A DNA stretch of 61,297 bases from a virus. Taxonomy: Duplodnaviria; Caudoviricetes. How positions within the stretch are numbered: the first letter of the stretch is position 1; each line of letters opens with the position of its first letter. Both the position numbers and the translations under genes were made by a program. Below are positions 53,575-61,297 of the stretch, one piece after another. The notes under the pieces were generated by a model. It had not been told where the DNA came from and did not search any database. It saw only the letters and a list, made by a program, of their open reading frames with translations. The stretch is taken from positions 1 to 61,297 of the IMG/VR virus record IMGVR_UViG_3300017754_001058. The stretch is one strand, 5' to 3'.

Positions 53575-54001
53575 GATTATTGGCGCGTCCAAACCCGCGC
53601 TTGTTAACCTCCACGGCAAACCTATCGTAGCAAAACCCGCAGAACCGGAAGTCCCGGTCGCAGATCGAGCCACACAGCTTCCTGACCCTTCCGGCTATCG
53701 CATCCTGTGCGCTATCCCCGAAGTGGAAGAGAAGACCGCTGGTGGCCTGTACAAAGCCGATGAAACCATGAAGTACGAAGAGCTTACCACGCCGGTACTG
53801 TTCGTCATCAAGCTTGGTCCTGACGCCTACGCAGACGAGCGCAAGTTCCCGTCTGGTCCTTGGTGCAAGGAAGGCGACTTCATCCTCACGCGCCCACATG
53901 CGGGTAGTCGTGTGAAAATTCATGGCCGCGAGTTCCGTCTCATCAATGATGACTCGGTCGAAGCGGTTGTTGAAGACCCCCGTGGGATCGCTCGCGGGTA
54001 A
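53564..54001 (+). CDS. GroES/Cpn10-like co-chaperonin
   Basis: P.GYRIL...EEKTAGGLY...V.KLGPDAY...WCKEGD...G.EFRLINDD.V.AVV. Confidence 0.8.
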   Translation: MMTEIIGASKPALVNLHGKPIVAKPAEPEVPVADRATQLPDPSGYRILCAIPEVEEKTAGGLYKADETMKYEELTTPVLFVIKLGPDAYADERKFPSGPWCKEGDFILTRPHAGSRVKIHGREFRLINDDSVEAVVEDPRGIARG

Positions 54002-54028
54002 AAACGGGTAACCGTACAAAGGAGAGAC

Positions 54029-54955
54029 GTGATGGCTACACAGCCAAGTGACGACGACTTCCAGTGGGAAGTCGAGGACGACGCGGACAAGCCGAGTATT
54101 GAGATTGAAGACGATACCCCGGAGGCCGACCGAGGCCGTGCGCCGATGCCGAAGGAGATCGTTGAAGAGCTTGAGGCTGACGAACTCGAAGAATACTCCG
54201 AGAAGGTCAAAACTCGTCTCAAGCAGATGAAGAAGGTCTGGCACGACGAGCGCCGCGAGAAGGAGCGGTACCAGCGTGAAAACAACGAGGCTTTGGCCGC
54301 CGCCCGTGCAGCGCTGGAAGAGAACCGCAAGCTGAAAGCTTCGCTCTCTGAAGGTGAGCAGAACCTCGTCGGTAGTTATAAACAGGCGGCTGAGCTTGAA
54401 CTTCAAGATGCCCGCCGTGCTTATAAAGATGCGTACGAAGCAGGTGACTCTGATCGCGTTATTGAAGCGCAGGAGAAGCTCACTGCTGTACAATATAAGC
54501 TTCAGCGGCTTGAAGGCTATAGACCTACTTTACAAGCTCCAGAAGAAGAGGTACAAACCCCTCAACAGCAGGTCCAAGTTCCTACGTTGGACCCCAAAAC
54601 GACTGCGTGGCAAGAGCGCAATACGTGGTGGGGAGTTGACCCGGAGATGACGGCCTCTGCTCTTGGGCTTCACCAGAAGCTGGAGAGAGAACGTGGTCCA
54701 CAGTTTGTGGGCACCGACGAATACTGGCAGACCATCGACAAAACGATGAGTCGGCGCTTCCCCGAGTACTTCGGGGAGTCAGAGAAGCAAGTTTCGGACA
54801 CTCCGAAGCCCAAATCTGCGCCCGTGGTTGCACCAGCTTCGCGCAGCACATCCTCCAAAAAGATCGTGTTGAAACAGTCCCAACTTACAATCGCTAAGAA
54901 ACTGGGTCTTACCCCTGAGCAATATGCTCGGGAAGTTATGAAGATGGAGCGTTAA
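54029..54955 (+). CDS. Putative capsid scaffolding protein
   Basis: Acidic coiled coil; C-terminal IAKKLGLTPEQYA; upstream of the capsid gene. Confidence 0.75.
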   Translation: MMATQPSDDDFQWEVEDDADKPSIEIEDDTPEADRGRAPMPKEIVEELEADELEEYSEKVKTRLKQMKKVWHDERREKERYQRENNEALAAARAALEENRKLKASLSEGEQNLVGSYKQAAELELQDARRAYKDAYEAGDSDRVIEAQEKLTAVQYKLQRLEGYRPTLQAPEEEVQTPQQQVQVPTLDPKTTAWQERNTWWGVDPEMTASALGLHQKLERERGPQFVGTDEYWQTIDKTMSRRFPEYFGESEKQVSDTPKPKSAPVVAPASRSTSSKKIVLKQSQLTIAKKLGLTPEQYAREVMKMER

Positions 54956-54957
54956 TC

Positions 54958-55437
54958 ATGGCACAGAATAAGCTTATGGATGAACTGAACGAGGCCGATG
55001 TGGCGCGTGCGCCCCGTCAAAGTCGTGAAGATACAATGCGTGTTCAGTCTTGGGCCCCAGCTTCAACGCTGCCTGAGCCTGACAAGCAGCCGGGTTATGC
55101 CTATCGTTGGGTTCGCGTGTCGACCCTGAGCGAGAAGGACCCCCGGAACATTTCGGCCAAGCTGCGCGAAGGATGGGAGCCCGTTAGCATTAACGAGCAA
55201 CCGCAGTTCAAGCTGATGGTCGATCCCGACAGCCGCTTCAAAGACAACGTCGAAGTCGCAGGGTTGCTGCTTTGCAAAGCCCCGATGGAACTGATGCGCC
55301 AGCGTAAGTCTTATTACTCTGGTAAAAATCAGTCCCAGATGGAGTCAGTGGACAACAACTTTATGCGCGAGAGCGATGCTCGTATGCCTCTCTTCCGCGA
55401 GAAGAAGTCATCGACATCATTTGGCAAAGGCAGATAA
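54958..55437 (+). CDS. Hypothetical head-module protein
   Basis: PG..YRWVR, LREGWEPV, GLLLCK. Confidence 0.75.
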   Translation: MAQNKLMDELNEADVARAPRQSREDTMRVQSWAPASTLPEPDKQPGYAYRWVRVSTLSEKDPRNISAKLREGWEPVSINEQPQFKLMVDPDSRFKDNVEVAGLLLCKAPMELMRQRKSYYSGKNQSQMESVDNNFMRESDARMPLFREKKSSTSFGKGR

Positions 55438-55449
55438 CAGGAGCTAATT

Positions 55450-56049
55450 ATGGCTTATCCCGCTGTTGAAGCCCCCTACGGGCTTCTCCCGATTAACCTC
55501 ATCGGCGGCCAAGTGTTCGCCGGTTCTACCCGTCAGATTCCGATTGTTTCGGCCTCGGCAACCGCCATTTTCTATGGTGACCTTGTCCGTCTGGCTGACA
55601 CTGGTACGGTGACCAAGGATACTGGTACGAGCGCGGCCACTCCGGTGGGCGTGTTCCTCGGTTGCACCTACACCGATCCGGTGTACGGCAAGACCTTCCG
55701 CCAGTTCTACCCCGGCGCTGTCACCGCTTCGGACATCATGGCTTACGTGTTGGACGACCCGGATGCGTTGTTCAAGGTTGCTGTCGTGTCTTCGGGCACC
55801 ACCATTAGCTTCGTTAACCGTACTGCGGTCGGTAACAACGCTGTTCTGGTGCAGAACTCTGGCAGCACGGCCACTGGTAACAGCCGCGTGGCTGTTAGCT
55901 CGACGACCAACACCATTTCAACGTGGCCGGTTCGTATCATCGACGTGGTGCCTGAAACCGCTCAGGCTGCTAACCCCGGCAACTTCACGGAAGTTATCGT
56001 GAAGTGGAATCAGGGTATGCACCAGTATCTCAACCCCACCGGCGTATAA
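55450..56049 (+). CDS. Putative capsid decoration/minor head protein
   Basis: AGGAG RBS; GVFLGCTYTDP, V.DDPD; directly before the MCP. Confidence 0.65.
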   Translation: MAYPAVEAPYGLLPINLIGGQVFAGSTRQIPIVSASATAIFYGDLVRLADTGTVTKDTGTSAATPVGVFLGCTYTDPVYGKTFRQFYPGAVTASDIMAYVLDDPDALFKVAVVSSGTTISFVNRTAVGNNAVLVQNSGSTATGNSRVAVSSTTNTISTWPVRIIDVVPETAQAANPGNFTEVIVKWNQGMHQYLNPTGV

Positions 56050-56061
56050 GGAGACTGAACA

Positions 56062-56973
56062 ATGGCAATTTCACGCGCACAGCTTCTTAAGGAGCTTCTG
56101 CCGGGTCTGAACGCCCTGTTCGGCCTCGAATATGCACGCTACGGCGAAGAGCATAAGCAAATCTTTGAAACGGAAAGCTCCGAGCGTTCGTTCGAAGAAG
56201 AAACCAAGCTCTCGGGCTTCTCGGCTGCGCCGGTGAAGAACGAAGGTTCGGCTATCGCTTATGACAACGCGCAGGAAGCTTGGACGGCTCGCTACAATCA
56301 CGAGACGATTGCCCTCGGGTTCTCGCTGACTGAAGAAGCCATCGAAGACAACCTGTACGACTCGTTGTCGGCTCGCTACACCAAGGCACTTGCTCGTGCC
56401 ATGGCGTACACCAAGCAGACCAAGGCTGCGGCTGTCCTGAACAACGGCTTCGACTCCGATTATCCCGGTGGCGATGGCGTGGCTCTGTTCTCGGCTTCGC
56501 ACCCGTTGGTTGGTGGTGGTAGCAACTCGAACATCCCCAGCACTGCGGCTGACCTCAACGAAACCTCGCTTGAGGCTGCGGTCATTCAGATTGCTGCGTG
56601 GACTGACGAGCGTAACCTGCTGATTGCGGCTAAGCCGAAGAAGCTGGTTGTTCCGCCGAGCCTGATGTTCGTTGCGACCCGACTGCTGGAGACTGAACTC
56701 CGCGTGTCGACCGCCGACAACGACATCAACGCCATCAAGTCGAACGGCTCCATCCCTGAAGGGTACACGGTCAACCACTTCCTGACCGACCCGGACGCAT
56801 GGTTCCTGACGACCGATGTGCCGAACGGTCTGAAGCACTTTGTTCGTACGCCGCTGGCGCAGAGCATGGATGGTGACTTCGACACCGGCAACGTCCGCTA
56901 CAAGAGCCGTGAGCGCTATAGCTTCGGCTGGTCGGACCCGCTGGGTATGTACGGCTCCGAAGGCGCTGCCTAA
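56062..56973 (+). CDS. Major capsid protein (Mu gpT-like, HK97 fold)
   Basis: MAISRAQLLKELLPGLNALFG, GGDGVALFSASHP, P.KLVVPP, FDTGN.RYK.RERYSFGWSDP; strong RBS and codon bias. Confidence 0.9.
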   Translation: MAISRAQLLKELLPGLNALFGLEYARYGEEHKQIFETESSERSFEEETKLSGFSAAPVKNEGSAIAYDNAQEAWTARYNHETIALGFSLTEEAIEDNLYDSLSARYTKALARAMAYTKQTKAAAVLNNGFDSDYPGGDGVALFSASHPLVGGGSNSNIPSTAADLNETSLEAAVIQIAAWTDERNLLIAAKPKKLVVPPSLMFVATRLLETELRVSTADNDINAIKSNGSIPEGYTVNHFLTDPDAWFLTTDVPNGLKHFVRTPLAQSMDGDFDTGNVRYKSRERYSFGWSDPLGMYGSEGAA

Positions 56974-57002
56974 GCTAAGTCCTAGGGAAGTTTAGGGCTT
57001 CG

Positions 57003-57037
57003 AGACCCCCCGGCGAGAGTCGGGGGGTCTTTTCTTT
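57003..57037 (+). terminator. Intrinsic terminator after the MCP
   Basis: AGACCCCCCGGC-GAGA-GTCGGGGGGTCT followed by TTTCTTT. Confidence 0.88.
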
Positions 57038-57065
57038 GTGGTGAGAGCGTGATACATATACGCCA

Positions 57066-57140
57066 CTAGGTATTTAACCCGTGCCGACTGTCCTAGCAGA
57101 CGTAGTAGCGACGGTATGGGTATGTGCTACTACACGGAGA
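57066..57140 (+). ncRNA. Structured, doubly pseudoknotted RNA, probably the Mu-gpT-DE motif
   Basis: Helices: 57066-70/57092-96 (CTAGG/CCTAG), 57077-86/57112-21 (10 bp, 2 GU), 57088-90/57097-99, 57102-09/57126-33 (8 bp perfect). The name rests on its position downstream of a Mu-gpT-like gene, not on an alignment. Confidence 0.65.
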
Positions 57141-57146
57141 TAAACG

Positions 57147-57527
57147 ATGGCGAATACCACTTTTTCGGGTCCCGTACGCTCACTGGGCGGCTTCCAGACG
57201 ATTACCGTCGCTGACGGCACTGGCACAGAGACCATCACCGCCACCTTCGGTACGGCTACCTCGGTTACTTCTCTGGCGGCGACCACGGTATCGGCAACTG
57301 GCAACGTCACAGCCGACAGCGCTACTGCGCTTGTCGCTGGCGGCGCTTCTGCGTTTATCGCAACCAACACGGCTGTCGGCATGGGTGTGTATGTCGGTTC
57401 AGGCGCTCCGACTGTGGCTGCTGCCAAGGGTTCGATCTACCTGCGCAGCGATGGTAGCTCGACGTCGACCCGTCTGTACGTCTCGGATGGCGGCACCACT
57501 TGGATCGCCGTAACCACCGCGTCGTAA
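57147..57527 (+). CDS. Hypothetical virion protein
   Basis: GGAGA RBS; MANTTFSGPVRS; GSGAPT...KGSIYLR.DG...LYV. Confidence 0.75.
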   Translation: MANTTFSGPVRSLGGFQTITVADGTGTETITATFGTATSVTSLAATTVSATGNVTADSATALVAGGASAFIATNTAVGMGVYVGSGAPTVAAAKGSIYLRSDGSSTSTRLYVSDGGTTWIAVTTAS

Positions 57528-57551
57528 TAGCTCGATAGGAGGGCCACCCCT

Positions 57552-58028
57552 ATGGGTATGCAATACGATGTCAAATCCCAACACCGGTCTACTTCAGGTG
57601 TTATATACGGTTCCCGCACCCGTCTGAAGGGGGCTATCCTCTCCGCTAACGCAGCTGCGGCAGCGAGGAACGTCCTTTTCATGGACAATAATCCGCAAGC
57701 GGGTACGTATAATATCGTATCCACTACGATGACGGTTACGGTGGCGAATAGTCTCGTTGCTGGTGATACGGTATGGATGGATTTCACCAGCGGTAGCGGC
57801 GTGGACGGCGAGTACACCGTTCTTACGGCTAATGCCACTTCCTTCACGGTTACTACGGCGGCATCTGGTACGGGTAACGTGAATGTCTACATGACCGTCT
57901 TGCTGGAAGCCGATAGCTATAACGCTGTGGCGTATTCTATCCTTGTTCCCGGCGAAGGCATCCTTGCTGACAATGGGATTTACGTGGGATTGCCCGCTAA
58001 CATAACTGTTACAGCCTTCTACGGGTGA
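57552..58028 (+). CDS. Hypothetical virion protein
   Basis: AGGAGG RBS; C-terminal VPGEGIL...GIYV...TAFYG. Confidence 0.75.
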   Translation: MGMQYDVKSQHRSTSGVIYGSRTRLKGAILSANAAAAARNVLFMDNNPQAGTYNIVSTTMTVTVANSLVAGDTVWMDFTSGSGVDGEYTVLTANATSFTVTTAASGTGNVNVYMTVLLEADSYNAVAYSILVPGEGILADNGIYVGLPANITVTAFYG

Positions 58029-58031
58029 CCT

Positions 58032-58766
58032 ATGCAAGCAGTCAAAGGCTTCGATATGGCGGGGAAAGGGGTCTTCATCGGCCTCCCCGCCTACGACTTT
58101 AAGGTCTCCTTGAAGCTTGCGGTCTCGCTTGCTCGCTTCGCGCAGCTGGCCCCTAAGCACGGTATCGACATCAACATCGGCAGCATCTGTGGTTGCTCGG
58201 TGGTCTCTCGGGCGCGCAACCTGCTGGTGCAGGACCTGCTGGAGTCGGACTCTGACTACCTGATGTTCATCGACAGCGACATCAACTTCGAGCCTGAAGA
58301 CATCCTGCGCCTGATGGCGTGGGCGCAGGACCCCAAGAAGGGCATCGTGGCGGGTGTCCCCCGCGTCCGCGACGTCAACAAAACCTACATCGCAGACCTC
58401 GACTATGACCAGAATGGCGAGCTGACGATGAATGGCATGGGGCTTGTTCGGGCTACGCGCGTAGCTACAGCGTTTATGCTGATTCAGCGTAACGTCATCG
58501 AGACCATGATCGCCGCGCACCCGGAGTGGAAGTACTACGACAAGCGCTGCGAAAAAACGGTCCCGGCCCTGTTCGACTTCAAACTCACCGATGAGGGGTA
58601 CATGGGCGAGGACTTCCTGTTCTGCGACCGTGCCCGTGAGCTTGGCTTTGAGGTGTGGGTCGACCCGACCATCAGCCTCGGCCACATGGGTGTGCAGGAG
58701 TACACTGGTAACTTTGGGGACGATGTCCTCTACCCGATGTTCGTTCCGCAGAAGGATGTGGCATAA
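58032..58766 (+). CDS. GT-A fold glycosyltransferase-like protein (second copy, late operon)
   Basis: IGLPAYD, SVVSRARN, LMFIDSDI, ATAFMLIQR, GEDFLFC, LGHMG. Confidence 0.8.
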   Translation: MQAVKGFDMAGKGVFIGLPAYDFKVSLKLAVSLARFAQLAPKHGIDINIGSICGCSVVSRARNLLVQDLLESDSDYLMFIDSDINFEPEDILRLMAWAQDPKKGIVAGVPRVRDVNKTYIADLDYDQNGELTMNGMGLVRATRVATAFMLIQRNVIETMIAAHPEWKYYDKRCEKTVPALFDFKLTDEGYMGEDFLFCDRARELGFEVWVDPTISLGHMGVQEYTGNFGDDVLYPMFVPQKDVA

Positions 58767-59644
58767 TGATGAAGAAACGCAAATTTGGTTCTGGTGGTTC
58801 AACGAAGCGCCCCATGCCGACCCCGGCAGACCGTGCCGCCTCCAAGGCGCAGGATGCGATGCTGAAGAAGGTAACGCCTACGAAGAGCGAAGCTAAGACC
58901 CTCGCCTCCGCTGCGCGTGCGTCCAAGAACCAGAACGCCATGAAGGGGTACGCCAAGGGCGGTAAGGTGAAGCCAATCAATATCGACATGAAGGGTTTGG
59001 AAGAAGCCTCTCGACCGAAGGCTTCGCTGCCGAAAGCTGACCTCGAAGCCAAAGGGGCAGAAGCACGTAAAGCGAACGCTGCTCAGGCCAAGGAAGCGAA
59101 GAAGCAATCGTTCCGCGATGCCTTCGCTGCTGCGCGTAAGCGTGGGGATAAGACCTTTTCATGGAATGGCGGTAGCTACGGCACCCAGATGGCGGGTGAG
59201 AAGCCGAAGGCCAAATCGAAGGCCGAGTCGAGCAATCCTTTTAACCCGAAGACGTCTCTGAAGAGTATTGCGCGAAACACCGATACGAACAATGCGAAGC
59301 TGTCGGATGCTCAAATGGAGCGTTACCAGAAGGGTCTCGATACTGACGCCGACCGTAGCCTCGCGGCTATGAGAGCCGCTCAGCGCGCTAAGGATGCCAA
59401 AACCGAAGCTACTCAGAAGCAGTACGACGCTGATGCTGACCGCAGTCTCGCCGCTATCAAAGCTGCTAAAGACAAACCACGTTTTTCTTTGGATACAGCG
59501 GGCTTGGGTCGAGCAACTACGGCTGGCCTTTCAGAGGCCGCAAAGCGTGGAGCGATGAAGGCAACAGGTATGAAGAAGGGCGGCTCAGTCACTCGTGGCG
59601 ATGGCATCACCAAGAAGGGCAAGACCAAAGGAAAGATGGTCTAA
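58766..59644 (+). CDS. Lys/Ala-rich basic protein
   Basis: TAATG coupling; SFRDAFAAARKRGDKTFSWNG.SY.T module; duplicated DADRSLAA. Confidence 0.75.
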   Translation: MMKKRKFGSGGSTKRPMPTPADRAASKAQDAMLKKVTPTKSEAKTLASAARASKNQNAMKGYAKGGKVKPINIDMKGLEEASRPKASLPKADLEAKGAEARKANAAQAKEAKKQSFRDAFAAARKRGDKTFSWNGGSYGTQMAGEKPKAKSKAESSNPFNPKTSLKSIARNTDTNNAKLSDAQMERYQKGLDTDADRSLAAMRAAQRAKDAKTEATQKQYDADADRSLAAIKAAKDKPRFSLDTAGLGRATTAGLSEAAKRGAMKATGMKKGGSVTRGDGITKKGKTKGKMV

Positions 59645-59898
59645 TGGCTAAAACCCCGGCTTGGACGCGTAAGGAAGGCAAGTCCGAAAAGGGCGGGCTG
59701 AACGCCAAGGGGCGTGCATCCTACAACAAAGCCAATCCGGGGAAGCCGGGGCTTAAGGCCCCGCAACCTGAAGGCGGTCCTCGGAAGAAGTCCTTCTGTG
59801 CCCGGATGTCGGGTATGAAGAAGAAACTGACGTCATCCAAGACCGCGAACGACCCGAACAGCCGTATCAACAAATCCCTCCGCGCGTGGAAATGCTGA
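59644..59898 (+). CDS. Small basic protein (DUF6321-like)
   Basis: GGLNAKGRASY...RKKSFCARM.G...SRINKSLRAWKC. Confidence 0.7.
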   Translation: MAKTPAWTRKEGKSEKGGLNAKGRASYNKANPGKPGLKAPQPEGGPRKKSFCARMSGMKKKLTSSKTANDPNSRINKSLRAWKC

Positions 59899-59899
59899 C

Positions 59900-60073
59900 A
59901 TGACTGACAACCATGACATGACGAAAAGCCTACTGGACGCTGTCTCAGTGGTGACTGTCGTCGGGACTATAATGGATATGCTTCCGGCAGTTGCCGCCTT
60001 GTTCACCATCATCTGGACCGGCATTCGTATCTATGAGACAGATACGGTGCAAAAACTCCTCGGAAGGGACTGA
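59900..60073 (+). CDS. 57-aa membrane protein (not in the ORF track), possible holin-like
   Basis: MTDNHDMTKSLLDAVSVVTVVGTIMDMLPAVAALFTIIWTGIRIYETDTVQKLLGRD; 1-nt gaps to both neighbours. Confidence 0.7.
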   Translation: MTDNHDMTKSLLDAVSVVTVVGTIMDMLPAVAALFTIIWTGIRIYETDTVQKLLGRD

Positions 60074-60074
60074 C

Positions 60075-60314
60075 ATGCCTAGCAAGACCCCCAAGCAGAA
60101 GAGCTTCATGGCCGCTGTGGCCAACAACCCCAAGTTCGCCAAGAAGGTGGGCGTGGCTTCCAAAGTCGGTAAGGAGTTTGAGATGAAGGATAAGAAGGCA
60201 AAGCCGAAGAAATTCGCCAAGGGTGGCTCCATCGACGGTTGCGCTGCCAAGGGCAAAACCAAAGGTACGATGGTTAAGATGGCCATGGGCGGCAAGACGA
60301 AGGGCTGCATGTAA
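60075..60314 (+). CDS. Small Lys-rich protein
   Basis: Start reassigned to ATG 60075; KQKSFMAAVANNPKFAKKVGV. Confidence 0.75.
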   Translation: MPSKTPKQKSFMAAVANNPKFAKKVGVASKVGKEFEMKDKKAKPKKFAKGGSIDGCAAKGKTKGTMVKMAMGGKTKGCM

Positions 60315-60592
60315 TGCGACCGAGTCGGGGTATGGGTGCCGTAGCGGCGTCCAAGATGCCAAAGGCGAAGACTATTCGTCGGAAGGACAACCCCGACAAG
60401 GTCACCATGTACGCCAAGGGCGGTAAGGTTAAGGCGAAACGCATGGCTGAAGGTGGTAGCGCCAAGGATGAGTGCTACTCCAAGGTCAAGTCGCGCTACA
60501 AAGTCTTTCCTTCCGCCTACGCCTCCGGTGCTATCTCTAAGTGCCGCAAGGTCGGTGCCAAGAACTGGGGTAACAAAGGTGGCAGTTCGTAA
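60314..60592 (+). CDS. Small Lys-rich protein
   Basis: MRPSRGMG; CYSKVKSRYKVFPSAYASG...CRK. Confidence 0.75.
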   Translation: MRPSRGMGAVAASKMPKAKTIRRKDNPDKVTMYAKGGKVKAKRMAEGGSAKDECYSKVKSRYKVFPSAYASGAISKCRKVGAKNWGNKGGSS

Positions 60593-60854
60593 AACCGAGA
60601 AAGGCGCTTCGCTCAAGCGTTGGTTTCAAGAGGACTGGAAGGACGTCCGTACGGGTAAAGCCTGCGGGCGTCAGCCGGGTGAGAAACGCGGTACACCTTA
60701 TTGTAGACCTAGTAAGCGTATTTCTGATAAGACCCCCAAGACGTCGTCGGAGATGACTCCAACGGAGAAGAAGACGCGTATCGCTCAGAAGAAGCGGTTG
60801 GGGCAACCTCCGGGTGCGCCTAAGCGTGTACAGGCAGCGCGGAGACAGAAATGA
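60579..60854 (+). CDS. Small basic protein
   Basis: GTG 60579; LKRWFQEDWKDV.TGK.CGR...PYCRP. Confidence 0.7.
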   Translation: MAVRKTEKGASLKRWFQEDWKDVRTGKACGRQPGEKRGTPYCRPSKRISDKTPKTSSEMTPTEKKTRIAQKKRLGQPPGAPKRVQAARRQK

Positions 60855-61297
60855 CCACCAGCGGCACCGCTACGTTCGACCTTAACCTGAACGAGCTGTT
60901 CGAAGAAGCCTTCGAGCGGTGCGGTGCCGAGATGCGTACGGGCTACGACTTCCGCACGGCGCGGCGCAGCCTGAACCTGCTGACGATTGAGTGGGCCAAC
61001 CGGGGTATAAACCTGTGGACTCTTGAGCAGGGGTCGATCCCCATGGTGCAGGGGCAGATCACCTATGACCTGCCTGCAGGTACAATTGACCTTCTGGAGC
61101 AAGTTATCCGCACCAACGCAGGTTCGGGTCCGAACCAGATCGACATCAACATTACCCGGATCAGCGCCGATACCTACATGACGATCCCGAACAAGAACGC
61201 GCAGGGGCGGCCCACTCAGGGGGGGTTCAACAGTCAGTCGGGCTGGACCTATCCCCCGGGTGGACGCCCAGGAGGGACGATCACCACCACAGGCGTG
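60851..61297 (+). CDS. Putative head-tail adaptor / tubular-A-like protein, 3'-truncated
   Basis: ATGA coupling, GGAGA RBS; MTTSGTATFDL...EEAFERCG...TARRSLNLL..EWANRGINLWT; open to the window end. Confidence 0.7.
   Translation, partial: MTTSGTATFDLNLNELFEEAFERCGAEMRTGYDFRTARRSLNLLTIEWANRGINLWTLEQGSIPMVQGQITYDLPAGTIDLLEQVIRTNAGSGPNQIDINITRISADTYMTIPNKNAQGRPTQGGFNSQSGWTYPPGGRPGGTITTTGV

Noticed and set aside
57066-57133. HDV-like, hammerhead or twister ribozyme assignment
   Set aside because: Helix order differs from HDV (the 3' strand of the first helix sits inside the hairpin loop), there is no CUGANGA/GAAA core, and I recognised no twister consensus.
52148-58802. Long antisense ORFs (52148..53410, 53531..54493, 56071..56838, 57594..58802)
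   Set aside because: Fully overlap well-supported portal, scaffold, capsid and glycosyltransferase genes; the translations look non-protein-like.
61205-61297. Odd G-rich end of the last CDS (GRPTQGGFNSQSG...) as a hypervariable or DGR target
   Set aside because: No reverse transcriptase or template repeat seen. It lies at the contig end, where low-quality base calls are the simpler explanation; needs read inspection.
1-61297. tRNA genes, integrase/att site, IS elements, introns/inteins, alternative genetic code
   Set aside because: None recognised by eye. Core genes are uninterrupted and of normal length in the standard code, and all three stop codons are used. tRNAscan-SE was not run.

Overview
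The window is most of the genome of a tailed dsDNA phage (Caudoviricetes, podovirus-like P22-type virion module, about 58% GC by eye, probably infecting an Alphaproteobacterium). Both ends fall inside virion genes. The + strand at 1-22972 carries tail and fibre-like genes, a 1909-aa repeat protein, a lysis cassette with a GH19 endolysin, and ejection proteins including a ~2180-aa polyvalent-type protein. The - strand at 23058-48220 carries replication and recombination genes (primase-DUF927, SNF2 helicase, family A DNA polymerase, nucleases), a GT-A glycosyltransferase and methyltransferase, an AAA/VWA/DUF3150-like trio and many small early ORFs. The + strand at 48742-61297 carries terminase, portal, GroES-like, scaffold, a Mu-gpT-like capsid protein, a second glycosyltransferase and basic small proteins. 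Strongest unexplained signals: (1) 15 perfect copies of the 13-bp palindrome CTAACANTGTTAG confined to the early region (37.5-48.4 kb), with a small ribbon-helix-helix gene ending inside the last copy; (2) a stand-alone RNA polymerase alpha-CTD homologue; (3) a doubly pseudoknotted RNA after the capsid gene; (4) a shared [MFY]-A-x-G-G motif across unrelated late proteins. I saw no integrase, tRNA, CRISPR array or reverse transcriptase. All family assignments come from motif recognition by eye, not database searches.
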